Source of the DNA: Methanomicrobiales archaeon
Lineage (GTDB): Archaea; Halobacteriota; Methanomicrobia; Methanomicrobiales; Methanospirillaceae
Length of the DNA: 32,582 nucleotides
Assembly: GCA_037137755.1 (NCBI GenBank)
Contig: JBAXJR010000027.1
Span: forward strand, 1-32,582
Direction of reading: 5' to 3'
Shown here: positions 7,875 to 16,753 of the stretch, in pieces
Layout of the letters: every line of letters begins with the position of its first letter
Numbering within the stretch: the first letter of the stretch is position 1
The notes under the pieces: generated by a model
Told to the model about the DNA's origin: nothing
The model's input: only the letters and a program-made list of their open reading frames with translations
The model's database searches: none
Translations under genes and position numbers: made by a program

Positions 7875-8177
7875 CTATTTTTCCTCCCTTATTTCATCTG
7901 GTACATCGACCTGTTTCCAGATCTCCATGAAGTCTTCATATCTCGTGTTCATCTGGTCAGTAAGAAAATACATGGTCCCGTATCCCTCCCCCATTGATCG
8001 GACAATCTGGTGCTTATTTAAAACATTGAGGTGGTGGCGGACCGTCTTGTAATCAAGGCTGAATGCTGATGTTAACTGGTTGGCATTATACGGCCTTTTA
8101 TGGAGTGCCTGGATAATCCGGGCCCTATTAATGCCTCCTTTTGATCCTGCTATTAACCACCACAATAACTGTTTCAC
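7875..8177 (-). CDS. Archaeal ArsR-like winged helix-turn-helix transcriptional regulator
   Basis: LLWWLIAGSKGGINRARII...PYNANQL...LDYKTVRHHLNVL...YGTMYFL is typical of small archaeal wHTH proteins; GTG start; no Cys, so no classical ArsR metal site. Confidence 0.85.
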   Translation of the reverse strand: MKQLLWWLIAGSKGGINRARIIQALHKRPYNANQLTSAFSLDYKTVRHHLNVLNKHQIVRSMGEGYGTMYFLTDQMNTRYEDFMEIWKQVDVPDEIREEK

Positions 8178-8295
8178 TTCGGCGCTCCAAACCCGGACTG
8201 ATATATTCTATTGTGATATTGATGCTAATAAAATGGTTATCCGGATTGTCGCGGCTTTATTAAACAGTATTCATTCCAATCGATTTTAGCAGTGT

Positions 8296-8337
8296 TGGAT
8301 GGCTGGAACAGGAAAGGGGCGGTGTTTATGGGGAAGT
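8296..8337 (+). repeat. 42-bp imperfect direct repeat, left copy (right copy at 23316-23357)
   Basis: tggatggctggaacaggaaaggggcggtgtttatggggaagt versus tggatagcacgaacaggaaagggggcgtgtttgcggggaagt; 35/42 identical with no gaps. Confidence 0.75.
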
Positions 8338-8347
8338 GAGGGGGGGT

Positions 8348-8641
8348 TTAGACGATGTTTATGACCGAATTACTTTCGTATCTGTCAACTGGTTTGATTA
8401 GCCAGAGTAATATTGATTGGCCGGATTCGATGGAGATGGATATTTCATCGGCGGGAAGGGGAACAGTTATGTTGGCTGCGGGTTCGAGATCGATGATCGG
8501 TATTGGTAATACTACAGCACTCGGGTATGTTCATACGACGTCGTAGCACGTTGGGGCTTTCGGTAATTTTACGATAAACTGGGAGGCGAGGTGGAGATCG
8601 TTTACTTCATCGATTTGATTATTTTTCTGGTCTCATTTCAT
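8348..8641 (-). pseudogene. Possible decayed gene remnant
   Basis: 98-codon frame from ATG 8641 to TAA 8350-8348 interrupted by two TGA codons; no family recognised. Confidence 0.2.
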
Positions 8642-8733
8642 AATAGTAATATCCGAATCGAAAGATCCGGACTTTTTTTCAGTCAGGCACATTTAATAAT
8701 CCATTTATTGCTGCAGATGCAAACGTCCAAGGC

Positions 8734-10257
8734 ATGAAACCGGCACCGGCAAATACTACCGGAAACGGCTATACGCTCCTGATCGTTTCTATCGCGCTCG
8801 CCAATTTTATGGGGGCATTCGATTCAACCATTGTCACGATTGCACTCCCGACGATAGCGAAGGTCTTCAGCCTCCCTGTCTCGATGACGAGCTGGGTGAT
8901 CACGGTATACGTTCTGGTCATGGCTGCATTAGTCCTGGTCTTTGGGAAACTTTCGGACAGGATTGGTTACAAGAACGTGTTCCTGTACGGGTTCGTCATT
9001 TTCACGGTTGCATCATTCGCCTGCGGTTTCCTCCCTGAATTTTCAAGCTCGTTTCCCGTCTTCATCGCCTCGCGTGCTGTCCAGGCTATCGGTGCCGTGA
9101 TGTTCGTGTCGGTCGGGCCGGCCATGATCTCCGCCTATGTACCCCAGGAGCTGAAAGGAAAAGCAATGGGCACGACGTTTGCATTTGCTGCCCTGGGAAT
9201 GACCATCGCACCGGTTGTTGGCGGGGTGCTCACGCAGTACCTCTCCTGGAACTGGATCTTTTACATCAACATCCCCATCGGGATCGCTGCCGTACTCCTC
9301 GGGTTAAAAGTCATCCCCGCCGGGGTGAGCAGGAAACTGGAGCACGGCTTTGACCTTGCCGGTGCCGTACTCCTCGCTCTCGGACTTACTACCTTGCTCT
9401 ATGCCCTGTCGGAAGGGCAATCGGCAGGCTGGACCGATCCCGTCATCCTGGGATGCCTTGTCGTGGCTTTTGTGTCGCTTCTCGCCTTCATCCGGTGTGA
9501 ATTTGCAGCATCGGACCCGCTTCTCGACCTGCACCTCCTGCAGCAGAAAAATTTCTTCCTGACAAGCCTGGCAATTGTCCTCCTGGTGGTTACCTATGTC
9601 GGGGTCATCTACCTCTTCCCCATCTATCTCCAGCTCGTGCAGGGGTACTCCCCTTCGGTTGCAGGGCTGATATTCACCTCTCTGTCGGTAGCGGTCATGA
9701 TTGGCGGGATCCTGGGTGGGACGCTCTTCAACCGGGCCGGGGGACGACGGGTCAACATTGCTTCCGGTGTGCTGGTCCTTGCAGGGTATATCCTCCTTAC
9801 CGCGATCCGACCGGATTCTCCCGTCTGGTTCATGGTCCTCTCCATGGTCCTGATTGGCCTCGGGTTTGGTATGCTCCTGACCTCAGCGTCAACCATGGCG
9901 ATGATGGCAGTGCCGAAGAAGAATCAGGGTATGGTCTCCGGGTTCATCTGCCTTGCACGGTTCGTACCGATCACTATCGGGGTAGCCCTCTTCACCATCG
10001 TGTTTGTCGGGGGTATGAACGCGGCCAGTCCCGGCAGCGGGGTTGCAAGCGAAGCGCTGGTGAATATCAACACGAATATACTCATTGCCGGGTTCTGGCA
10101 GGCATTTTTGTTCGGGTGCATTATCAGCATCGTCCTCCTCGCGATTGTCATCGTGGCTCGCCAGGAGATCCATCCGGATTATCTTCACAAGGGTGATGAG
10201 GGGAGTCTCCCTCCGGTCATAGGTGAAAACGGGGAACGTAACAATGGCCCCGGATGA
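8734..10257 (+). CDS. MFS transporter, DHA2 (14-TMS, EmrB/QacA-like) efflux family
   Basis: D-STIVTIALP motif, motif A GKLSDRIGYK, WNWIFYINIPIG, many transmembrane segments, 507 aa. Confidence 0.9.
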   Translation: MKPAPANTTGNGYTLLIVSIALANFMGAFDSTIVTIALPTIAKVFSLPVSMTSWVITVYVLVMAALVLVFGKLSDRIGYKNVFLYGFVIFTVASFACGFLPEFSSSFPVFIASRAVQAIGAVMFVSVGPAMISAYVPQELKGKAMGTTFAFAALGMTIAPVVGGVLTQYLSWNWIFYINIPIGIAAVLLGLKVIPAGVSRKLEHGFDLAGAVLLALGLTTLLYALSEGQSAGWTDPVILGCLVVAFVSLLAFIRCEFAASDPLLDLHLLQQKNFFLTSLAIVLLVVTYVGVIYLFPIYLQLVQGYSPSVAGLIFTSLSVAVMIGGILGGTLFNRAGGRRVNIASGVLVLAGYILLTAIRPDSPVWFMVLSMVLIGLGFGMLLTSASTMAMMAVPKKNQGMVSGFICLARFVPITIGVALFTIVFVGGMNAASPGSGVASEALVNINTNILIAGFWQAFLFGCIISIVLLAIVIVARQEIHPDYLHKGDEGSLPPVIGENGERNNGPG

Positions 10258-10302
10258 CCTTTAACCACCCTTCATGATCCCGAATAATACGCACTAGTAT
10301 AT

Positions 10303-10373
10303 AGGCCTCATGCGATCCTCCTTCCGGAAAGCATCGCGATCGTGGGTGGGGGGCATTGAATATGGAAATAACA
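10303..10373 (+). repeat. Dispersed intergenic repeat, copy 1 (related to 12139-12212 and 21411-21466)
   Basis: aggcctcatgcgatcctccttccggaaagcatcgcgatcgtgggtggggggcattgaatatggaaataaca. Confidence 0.6.
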
Positions 10374-10571
10374 TGATATTCGCGATATTAACGAACCGGA
10401 GAAATACCCTGTGTCGGGAAGAATACTTTTGCCCACTCCGATTTCCGCATATGGTGCAGGCCCGGGACCGTCGTCAATTTCCGGGACCGGGGCACGAAAG
10501 AAGCGTATGGAGAATGAAATAAAAAGAGTAGGGTTATCTCAATCCCGCCCGATTATCTATAACGGCGAATT

Positions 10572-11201
10572 ATGCGCACACTCTATCTCTATGTCCTCGA
10601 TACCCTGGCCGACTGGGAACCTGGTCATGTTACAGCCGAGCTCCGCTCCGGAAGGTACCTGAAAGATCCGGCACTCCGGTATTCCGTTGTACTCTGTGGC
10701 AGTACCCTGGCTCCCGCCACCACCATGGGCGGACTGCATTTGACTCCGGAAGTTCTCCTAAGTGATATCCACCCCGTCCCGGGCGATGTGCTCGTGCTGC
10801 CGGGGGCAGATACCTGGCTTGATCCGGCACAGGAGCCCGCCCTCCGGGTGGCAGGCCGGTTGCTTGATGAAGGAATGATTGTCGCCGCTATCTGCGGTGC
10901 GACGCTTGGCCTCGCGAACGCCGGCCTGCTGGACAAACGCCCGCACACCAGCAACGATCCTGCCGCTCTGAAAATGTTCTGCCCTAACTATCGGGGCGAG
11001 AATCATTATGTAAACGAACCAGCAGTAACAGACGCCAATCTCATCACCGCAAGCGGACTTGCACCGGTAGAGTTCGCCTACCATGTATTCCGGAGACTGG
11101 ATGTTATGGCACCTGCAGCGCTCGAAGCCTGGCACGGGCTTTTCACTACGCGGCAGCCTGAGTATTTCTATGCCCTGATGGGATCGCTGTCGCAACGATA
11201 A
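10572..11201 (+). CDS. DJ-1/PfpI family protein (class I glutamine amidotransferase-like)
   Basis: ADWE acidic motif, LVLPGA, nucleophile elbow AAICGA, HTSN, LITASG. Confidence 0.9.
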   Translation: MRTLYLYVLDTLADWEPGHVTAELRSGRYLKDPALRYSVVLCGSTLAPATTMGGLHLTPEVLLSDIHPVPGDVLVLPGADTWLDPAQEPALRVAGRLLDEGMIVAAICGATLGLANAGLLDKRPHTSNDPAALKMFCPNYRGENHYVNEPAVTDANLITASGLAPVEFAYHVFRRLDVMAPAALEAWHGLFTTRQPEYFYALMGSLSQR

Positions 11202-11456
11202 GGATTCCTGGGCATGCAAGTGGGGCTGACCCGGAACCGGTTTAGTACCGGACCCAATCGTTAATTGCCGGTACGGATTTCCGAACCTGAAATCCCTTGA
11301 ATTTGGCCCTCGAACCTGACGCCTTTGACCTGGCCCGGCTATCCTCACCCTTGTTTTTAGTGAATCTGCAATTGCAATTCAGGGACCAATTCCTATCCAG
11401 GGCCCCCCTGGGGCAATCCTTTTTTTAAGCTGAATCCCAACTATCTCTTCAGGTAT

Positions 11457-11756
11457 ATGATACAACAGGATATTTATCAGCAGATCAAAACAAAAAAAAG
11501 TGAAATTCTCCGTCTTGCCGAAACATACGGTGCTTCCCATATCCGGATCTTTGGCTCGGTTGCCCATCACACTGCCGATGAAAAAAGCGATATCGATTTT
11601 CTTGTCGAGATGGAACCCGGAAAAACTCTCTTTGATCTTGGTGGGTTTGCATACGATCTTGAAAAACTCCTGGGCCGGCGGGTGGATGTCTGTACCATTC
11701 CGCTGCTGCGGGAACCGATCCGCAGCCGGGTTGTTTCGGAAGCGGTACCACTATGA
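11457..11756 (+). CDS. Minimal nucleotidyltransferase (MntA-type antitoxin)
   Basis: GS-x10-DxD motif (FGSVAHHTADEKSDIDFL), LGRRVDV; 4-bp overlap with the downstream HEPN gene. Confidence 0.9.
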   Translation: MIQQDIYQQIKTKKSEILRLAETYGASHIRIFGSVAHHTADEKSDIDFLVEMEPGKTLFDLGGFAYDLEKLLGRRVDVCTIPLLREPIRSRVVSEAVPL

Positions 11757-12094
11757 GAAATGACCATTTGCGTTTCATGGATATGGCAGAATCCATCAAA
11801 AAGATAGAGAAATATACCTCATCCGGAAAACAGACTTTTGAGCGGGAGGAACTGGTCCAGGTATGGGTTGTCCATTATCTTCAAATCCTTGGCGAAGCTG
11901 CACGCGGTGTTTCTGGGGAATCACAACAGAAATTCAATCAGGTCCCCTGGGGGAAGATAATTGGTTTTCGTAACATTCTTGTCCAGCACTATTTTGATAT
12001 AAATACTGATGAGATTTGGGCAGTCGTCCAGGTAAATATCCCTCCATTAAAGGTGGCGCTGAACAAGGTTCTCGAAGAATATCCAACGGATTGA
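11753..12094 (+). CDS. HEPN/DUF86 (HepT-type) RNase toxin with a variant catalytic motif
   Basis: LQILGEAA, VPWGKIIGFRNILVQHYFDIN; paired with the MNT gene. Confidence 0.88.
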   Translation: MRNDHLRFMDMAESIKKIEKYTSSGKQTFEREELVQVWVVHYLQILGEAARGVSGESQQKFNQVPWGKIIGFRNILVQHYFDINTDEIWAVVQVNIPPLKVALNKVLEEYPTD

Positions 12095-12138
12095 ATGAGA
12101 AGATCCTTCCAATCCCTTAAAAATACACACCCCCATTA

Positions 12139-12212
12139 AGGCCTCACACGATCACCCCTTCCGGAAAGCCTCACGATCTCGAATGGCATCGGTTGAGGTG
12201 GGGGAGCGGGAG
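12139..12212 (+). repeat. Dispersed intergenic repeat, copy 2
   Basis: aggcctcacacgatcaccccttccggaaagcctcacgatctcgaatggcatcggttgaggtgggggagcgggag. Confidence 0.6.
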
Positions 12213-12255
12213 ATGCCATCTAAAAGCCTATATGTCGCAATCACCTCTTTTTCAT

Positions 12256-13917
12256 ATGGATGAGAAAACGGCCATGGGTTCCCGACCGGGCATCGGCGAA
12301 TACCTGATCCAGAGACTCTACGAAGCCGGGGCCAGGCATGTCTTCGGGGTACCGGGGGATTATATCCTGAATTTCTATGCCATGCTGACCAGGTGCCAGC
12401 TCCAGGTGATCAATACCTGCGATGAGCAGGGTGCAGGGTTTGCAGCAGACGCCTATGCACGGATCAATGGCCTTGGGGTAGTGTGTGTCACGTACAATGT
12501 CGGGGGGTTTAAGGTCGTGAATACAACGGCCGAGGCCTATGCAGAGAAATCCCCGGTACTGGTCATTGCCGGTGCCCCCGGCTTGCAGGAACGACAGAAA
12601 TTTTCACATCTCCACCACAAGGTCAGGGAATACAGTGACCAGTACAGGATATTCGAACGAATTACCGTGGCCTCCACTGATCTCCGCGATCCTGAACATG
12701 CATACGAGGAAATTGACCGTGTTTTGGCAGAGGTCCTCCATGAGAAGGGGCCTGGCTACATCGAACTACCCCGGGATATTGTAACCGTGGTCCCCGGAAC
12801 CATACCAGGTACCCGTGCAGTTCCATTAGCAGGGAGCAGCAGAGAAACTATTTCATCAGGGATCCTGGACCAGGTTGTGTCCCGGGTGAATGGGTCATCC
12901 CGCCCGGTGATCTGGGCCGGCGAGGAGATCGCCCGGAACCAGCTTGGACCATATGTGCAGGCACTTGCGGAGAAGGCCTGTATCCCCCTTGTCTCCACGA
13001 TGCTTGGCAAATCGGCGATCGATGAGACCAGCTCCCTGTACCTCGGGGTGTATGCAGGGGTCATCGGAGATGAGCAGGTAAGGGGATATGTTGAAGCCAG
13101 TGACTGTCTCCTTCTCCTCGGGGTTATGTTAAACGATGTAAACCTGGGGGCAAATACCGCAGCGCTGGACCCGGACCGGATGATTATCCTGTCGGGCGAC
13201 TCGTGCAGGATCGGGACCCGGTCGTTTTGCGGAGCCGGACTTGAGGCACTACCGGAATTGTCTGGAATGCAATTCCTTCCCCACGATCTCCACGGGGTGC
13301 CCCCTTCCCAGAAAAAGAGAAAAATCCCCTATTCCCCGACACATGCAAAAATCACGGCAGAGCGGCTTTTCCTTGCTATCGATTCCTTTGTAGATGAATC
13401 GAACGTTGTTATCGCTGATGTCGGAGACGCAGCGATGGGGTCCATGGCAATTACGATCCCCCGGCCGAACCAGTTCCTCTGCCCAATCTACTATTCCTCC
13501 CTGGGATTCTCGGTCCCCGCCGCCATTGGTGTCAAGGCCGCACGCCCCGGCCTCCGGCCCCTGGTCCTCGTGGGGGATGGTGCATTCCAGATGACGGGGA
13601 TGGAGGTGTCGACGGCAGCCCGGTACCGGATGGACCCCATCGTGATAGTCCTGAATAATGGTGGTTTCGGGACCGAGCGGCCCATGATCGATGGCCCGTT
13701 CAATGATGTAGCACCCTGGCAGTATCACCGCATCCCGGATATCATCGGGGCGGGCAGGGGTTACCTGATTACGACTGAAGATGAACTCGCCGGAGCGCTC
13801 ACGGCGGCAAAGGAATCGAACGACCTGTCCATCATTGAGGTCGTCCTCGACCCGGACGACATCACACCCCAGCTTCGCAGGATGTGCGAGCGACTGGCGA
13901 AGGGAGTGAAACGGTAG
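12256..13917 (+). CDS. TPP-dependent 2-keto-acid decarboxylase (pyruvate/indolepyruvate decarboxylase family)
   Basis: FGVPGDY, conserved Glu in CDEQGAGFAADAYAR, HH motif (HLHHKV), TPP motif GDGAFQM...NN. Start placed at ATG 12256; the ORF-track start at 12193 lies inside the repeat element. Confidence 0.88.
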   Translation: MDEKTAMGSRPGIGEYLIQRLYEAGARHVFGVPGDYILNFYAMLTRCQLQVINTCDEQGAGFAADAYARINGLGVVCVTYNVGGFKVVNTTAEAYAEKSPVLVIAGAPGLQERQKFSHLHHKVREYSDQYRIFERITVASTDLRDPEHAYEEIDRVLAEVLHEKGPGYIELPRDIVTVVPGTIPGTRAVPLAGSSRETISSGILDQVVSRVNGSSRPVIWAGEEIARNQLGPYVQALAEKACIPLVSTMLGKSAIDETSSLYLGVYAGVIGDEQVRGYVEASDCLLLLGVMLNDVNLGANTAALDPDRMIILSGDSCRIGTRSFCGAGLEALPELSGMQFLPHDLHGVPPSQKKRKIPYSPTHAKITAERLFLAIDSFVDESNVVIADVGDAAMGSMAITIPRPNQFLCPIYYSSLGFSVPAAIGVKAARPGLRPLVLVGDGAFQMTGMEVSTAARYRMDPIVIVLNNGGFGTERPMIDGPFNDVAPWQYHRIPDIIGAGRGYLITTEDELAGALTAAKESNDLSIIEVVLDPDDITPQLRRMCERLAKGVKR

Positions 13918-14329
13918 GGATAATGACGCGGATACAACGAATAAAAACTACACTGGCAGGCTATTATGCTGTCATTTCAGGGTTATGACAGATTTTTATT
14001 ACGTCATAACACACATTTTTTTCATAATCAGATTAAAAATAGCCAGATATACTTTCGGTTTGAGTGATGGAAGGACAGTTCTTCCATATATAGATATATC
14101 TAAATTGACAAAGCAAAGACCGCGGATACTCCCTCCATCCATTGTATAGCGGTATTTTTGGTGTAAAAAATAAAAATTGAAGCCGAATCAATTGTAATAT
14201 TCGGATATCTCAACTCTGTGGGCAGAAAAAGAATGCAATCCACCAACTAGCATATATACAATAAACCGGACACGCTGTATTGGATACATTGCCTGATACA
14301 GAGTCGGGTCGTACCCGGGGTCTGGGAAT

Positions 14330-16753
14330 ATGCAACCTGAATCGGTCCTGTCAGCAGTCTGGACACATATCAAGCCGGCATTAATTATTTTTCTCCTTCT
14401 TACGGTGTTGACCGGCCTGCTCTATCCCCTGGTAATTACGGGGATTGCCCAGGTTGCTTTTTCGGATGAATCAAACGGGAACCTGATCATTCACAACGGG
14501 AGCGTTGCCGGCTCCGTTTTAATCGGCCAGCCTTTTTCTTCCCCGGGTTACTTCTGGGGACGGCCATCGGCTACGATCCCCTTCCCCGACAACCCGGAGC
14601 TTTCTACAGGATCAAACCTCGGTCCCACAAACCCGGAATTAATCAACGCAGTTTCAGCCAGGGTCAGCGCATTGCAGGCGGCAGATCCGGGTAACAATCT
14701 CCCGGTACCGGTCGATCTGGTAACTACCTCGGCAAGTGGTCTCGATCCCGATATCAGTGTGGCTGCAGCAGAGTACCAGGTCAGCCGGGTTGCAAAGGCC
14801 AGGAACCTGAGTAAAACCGATGTTGCGTGGCTCGTCGGCAAGAATACAAAACAACCTCAGTTCGGGGTCTTTGGTGAAACCCGGGTTAATGTGTTATCTC
14901 TAAACCTCGCACTCGATGACCTTGCATCTGATCGCATTTCCGTCCCTGCCGGGAATTCAGGCCTTGTCGAACAGGGAAATGGTTCTCCGGTTTCCGGCAT
15001 CGGCGGTAAAGACCTGATCCAGCTGGTCCTGTTTGCGGTTATCCTGATGCTGTTCCTGGTCCCGTTTGGCCGGTTTATGGCACGGGTGTATACCGGGGAG
15101 CATACCATTCTGACCCCGGTTACAGCACCCATCGAGACCTGGGTCTACCGGGTCCTTGGGACGAGCCCCGATGAAGAGATGGACTGGAAATCGTTTGCAA
15201 TTGCACTGCTGGTCTTTAATATTCTGGGAATTATCATAGTTTTCCTCGTACAGCAGGTCCAGTCCATCCTCCCCCTTAACCCTGCCGGACTCGGACCGGT
15301 ACCATGGGACCTCTCCCTCAATACTGCAGTAAGTTTTGCCTCCAATACAAACTGGCAGGCGTACGCAGGGGAGGCAACCCTGAGCTACCTTACCCAGATG
15401 ATGGCACTGACCGTGCAGAATTTTGTCTCGGCAGCAACCGGCATGGCGGTCCTGGTCGCGCTCATTTATGGACTTTCGCGAAAATCCACAGAGAAAATCG
15501 GTAATTTCTGGGTGCTCCTGACACGGGGCATCATTATTCTCCTCCCGGTCTGCATCGTCATTTCCGTAATACTCGTATCGCAGGGTTCCGTCCAGACATT
15601 CAACGGGCCGGTTACTGTCCCGCTTCTCGACCCGGTAACAGACAGTAACGGGGTACTGGTAACGACACAGACCATCCCGATGGGACCTGCAGCCTCACAG
15701 GTAGCGATCAAGTTGCTCGGGACCAACGGCGGAGGGTTCTTTAACACAAACTCCGCACATCCATTCGAAAATCCCACACCATTCTCCAATTTCGTCGAGA
15801 TCCTCAGTATCCTGTTAATCCCGGTCTGCCTGTGTTTCACGTACGGGAAACTGGTCGGTTCGGCAAGAAAAGGCATTGCCATCCTCATTGCAATGACCCT
15901 CATTTTCGTTCCCCTGCTCGGTCTTGCCATCTGGTCGGAAGCAGGGGGAAATCCCGCATTCGCCCCTCTCGGAGTCGATCAGGCTGCGGGAGCACTCCAG
16001 CCTGGAGGCAACATGGAAGGAAAAGAGGTGCGGTTCGGCGTCCCGTTCGCTTCGATGTTCTCGATCGTCACGACCGCGACATCATGCGGTGCCGTAAATT
16101 CCATGCACGATTCCTTCATGCCGCTGGGTGGCTTTGCCCAGATGCTGATGATGCAGTTCGGCGAGGTGGTGTACGGTGGGGTAGGTTCGGGACTATACGG
16201 GATGCTCGTCTTTGTCATTATTGCCATGTTTATTGCAGGGCTCATGGTGGGAAGGACCCCTGAATACCTCGGGAAGAAGATCGAACCCCGGGAAATGAAG
16301 ATCGCAACGATCATCATCATTATCCCGATTGTCCTGGTCCTCGCCGGAACCGCCATTGCTGTTCTGTCCGATGTGGGAAAATCTGCCATACTGAACCCCG
16401 GGGCTCACGGGTTTTCGGAAATTCTCTATGCGTTCACCTCGGTTGCCCAGAACAACGGCAGTGCGTTTGCCGGGCTCTCCGTAAACAGCCTGTTCTACAA
16501 TCTCATTACCGCGATCATGATGGGCATCGGCCGCTACCTGCCTGCCGTCCTCACCCTCGCCCTCGCCGGGGCTTTTGCCATGAAAAAGATCGTCCCGGTC
16601 GGCGAAGGGACGTTGTACGACCACCGGCCGCTTTTTATCATCTGGCTGGTATTCGTCATCGTCATTGTCGGGGCACTCAGTTTCCTCCCGGTGCTCGCAC
16701 TCGGGCCGCTGGCAGAATATCTCCACATGATCTCCGGAGGTTTCCATGTCTGA
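14330..16753 (+). CDS. kdpA: Fused KdpC-KdpA (K+-transporting ATPase subunits C and A)
   Basis: Residues 1 to about 200 are KdpC ([50 protein letters not shown]), then a short linker, then full KdpA with filter motifs NTNWQ, TNGGG, SCGAV, NNGSA, all in one frame. Confidence 0.92.
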   Translation: MQPESVLSAVWTHIKPALIIFLLLTVLTGLLYPLVITGIAQVAFSDESNGNLIIHNGSVAGSVLIGQPFSSPGYFWGRPSATIPFPDNPELSTGSNLGPTNPELINAVSARVSALQAADPGNNLPVPVDLVTTSASGLDPDISVAAAEYQVSRVAKARNLSKTDVAWLVGKNTKQPQFGVFGETRVNVLSLNLALDDLASDRISVPAGNSGLVEQGNGSPVSGIGGKDLIQLVLFAVILMLFLVPFGRFMARVYTGEHTILTPVTAPIETWVYRVLGTSPDEEMDWKSFAIALLVFNILGIIIVFLVQQVQSILPLNPAGLGPVPWDLSLNTAVSFASNTNWQAYAGEATLSYLTQMMALTVQNFVSAATGMAVLVALIYGLSRKSTEKIGNFWVLLTRGIIILLPVCIVISVILVSQGSVQTFNGPVTVPLLDPVTDSNGVLVTTQTIPMGPAASQVAIKLLGTNGGGFFNTNSAHPFENPTPFSNFVEILSILLIPVCLCFTYGKLVGSARKGIAILIAMTLIFVPLLGLAIWSEAGGNPAFAPLGVDQAAGALQPGGNMEGKEVRFGVPFASMFSIVTTATSCGAVNSMHDSFMPLGGFAQMLMMQFGEVVYGGVGSGLYGMLVFVIIAMFIAGLMVGRTPEYLGKKIEPREMKIATIIIIIPIVLVLAGTAIAVLSDVGKSAILNPGAHGFSEILYAFTSVAQNNGSAFAGLSVNSLFYNLITAIMMGIGRYLPAVLTLALAGAFAMKKIVPVGEGTLYDHRPLFIIWLVFVIVIVGALSFLPVLALGPLAEYLHMISGGFHV

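Noticed and set aside
8225-8281. Autoregulatory copy of the 11-bp cassette upstream of the wHTH gene
   Set aside because: Only weak resemblance (atccggatt, gtcgcgg), with no CCCAAAT unit and broken phasing.
8348-8641. TGA-readthrough (selenoprotein) gene
   Set aside because: No redox motif or recognisable family, and no other sign of Sec use in the window; decay or chance is more likely.
14180-14330. kdpF small subunit
   Set aside because: I found no short hydrophobic ORF with a KdpF-like YL..AL..PE.F ending upstream of the fusion gene.
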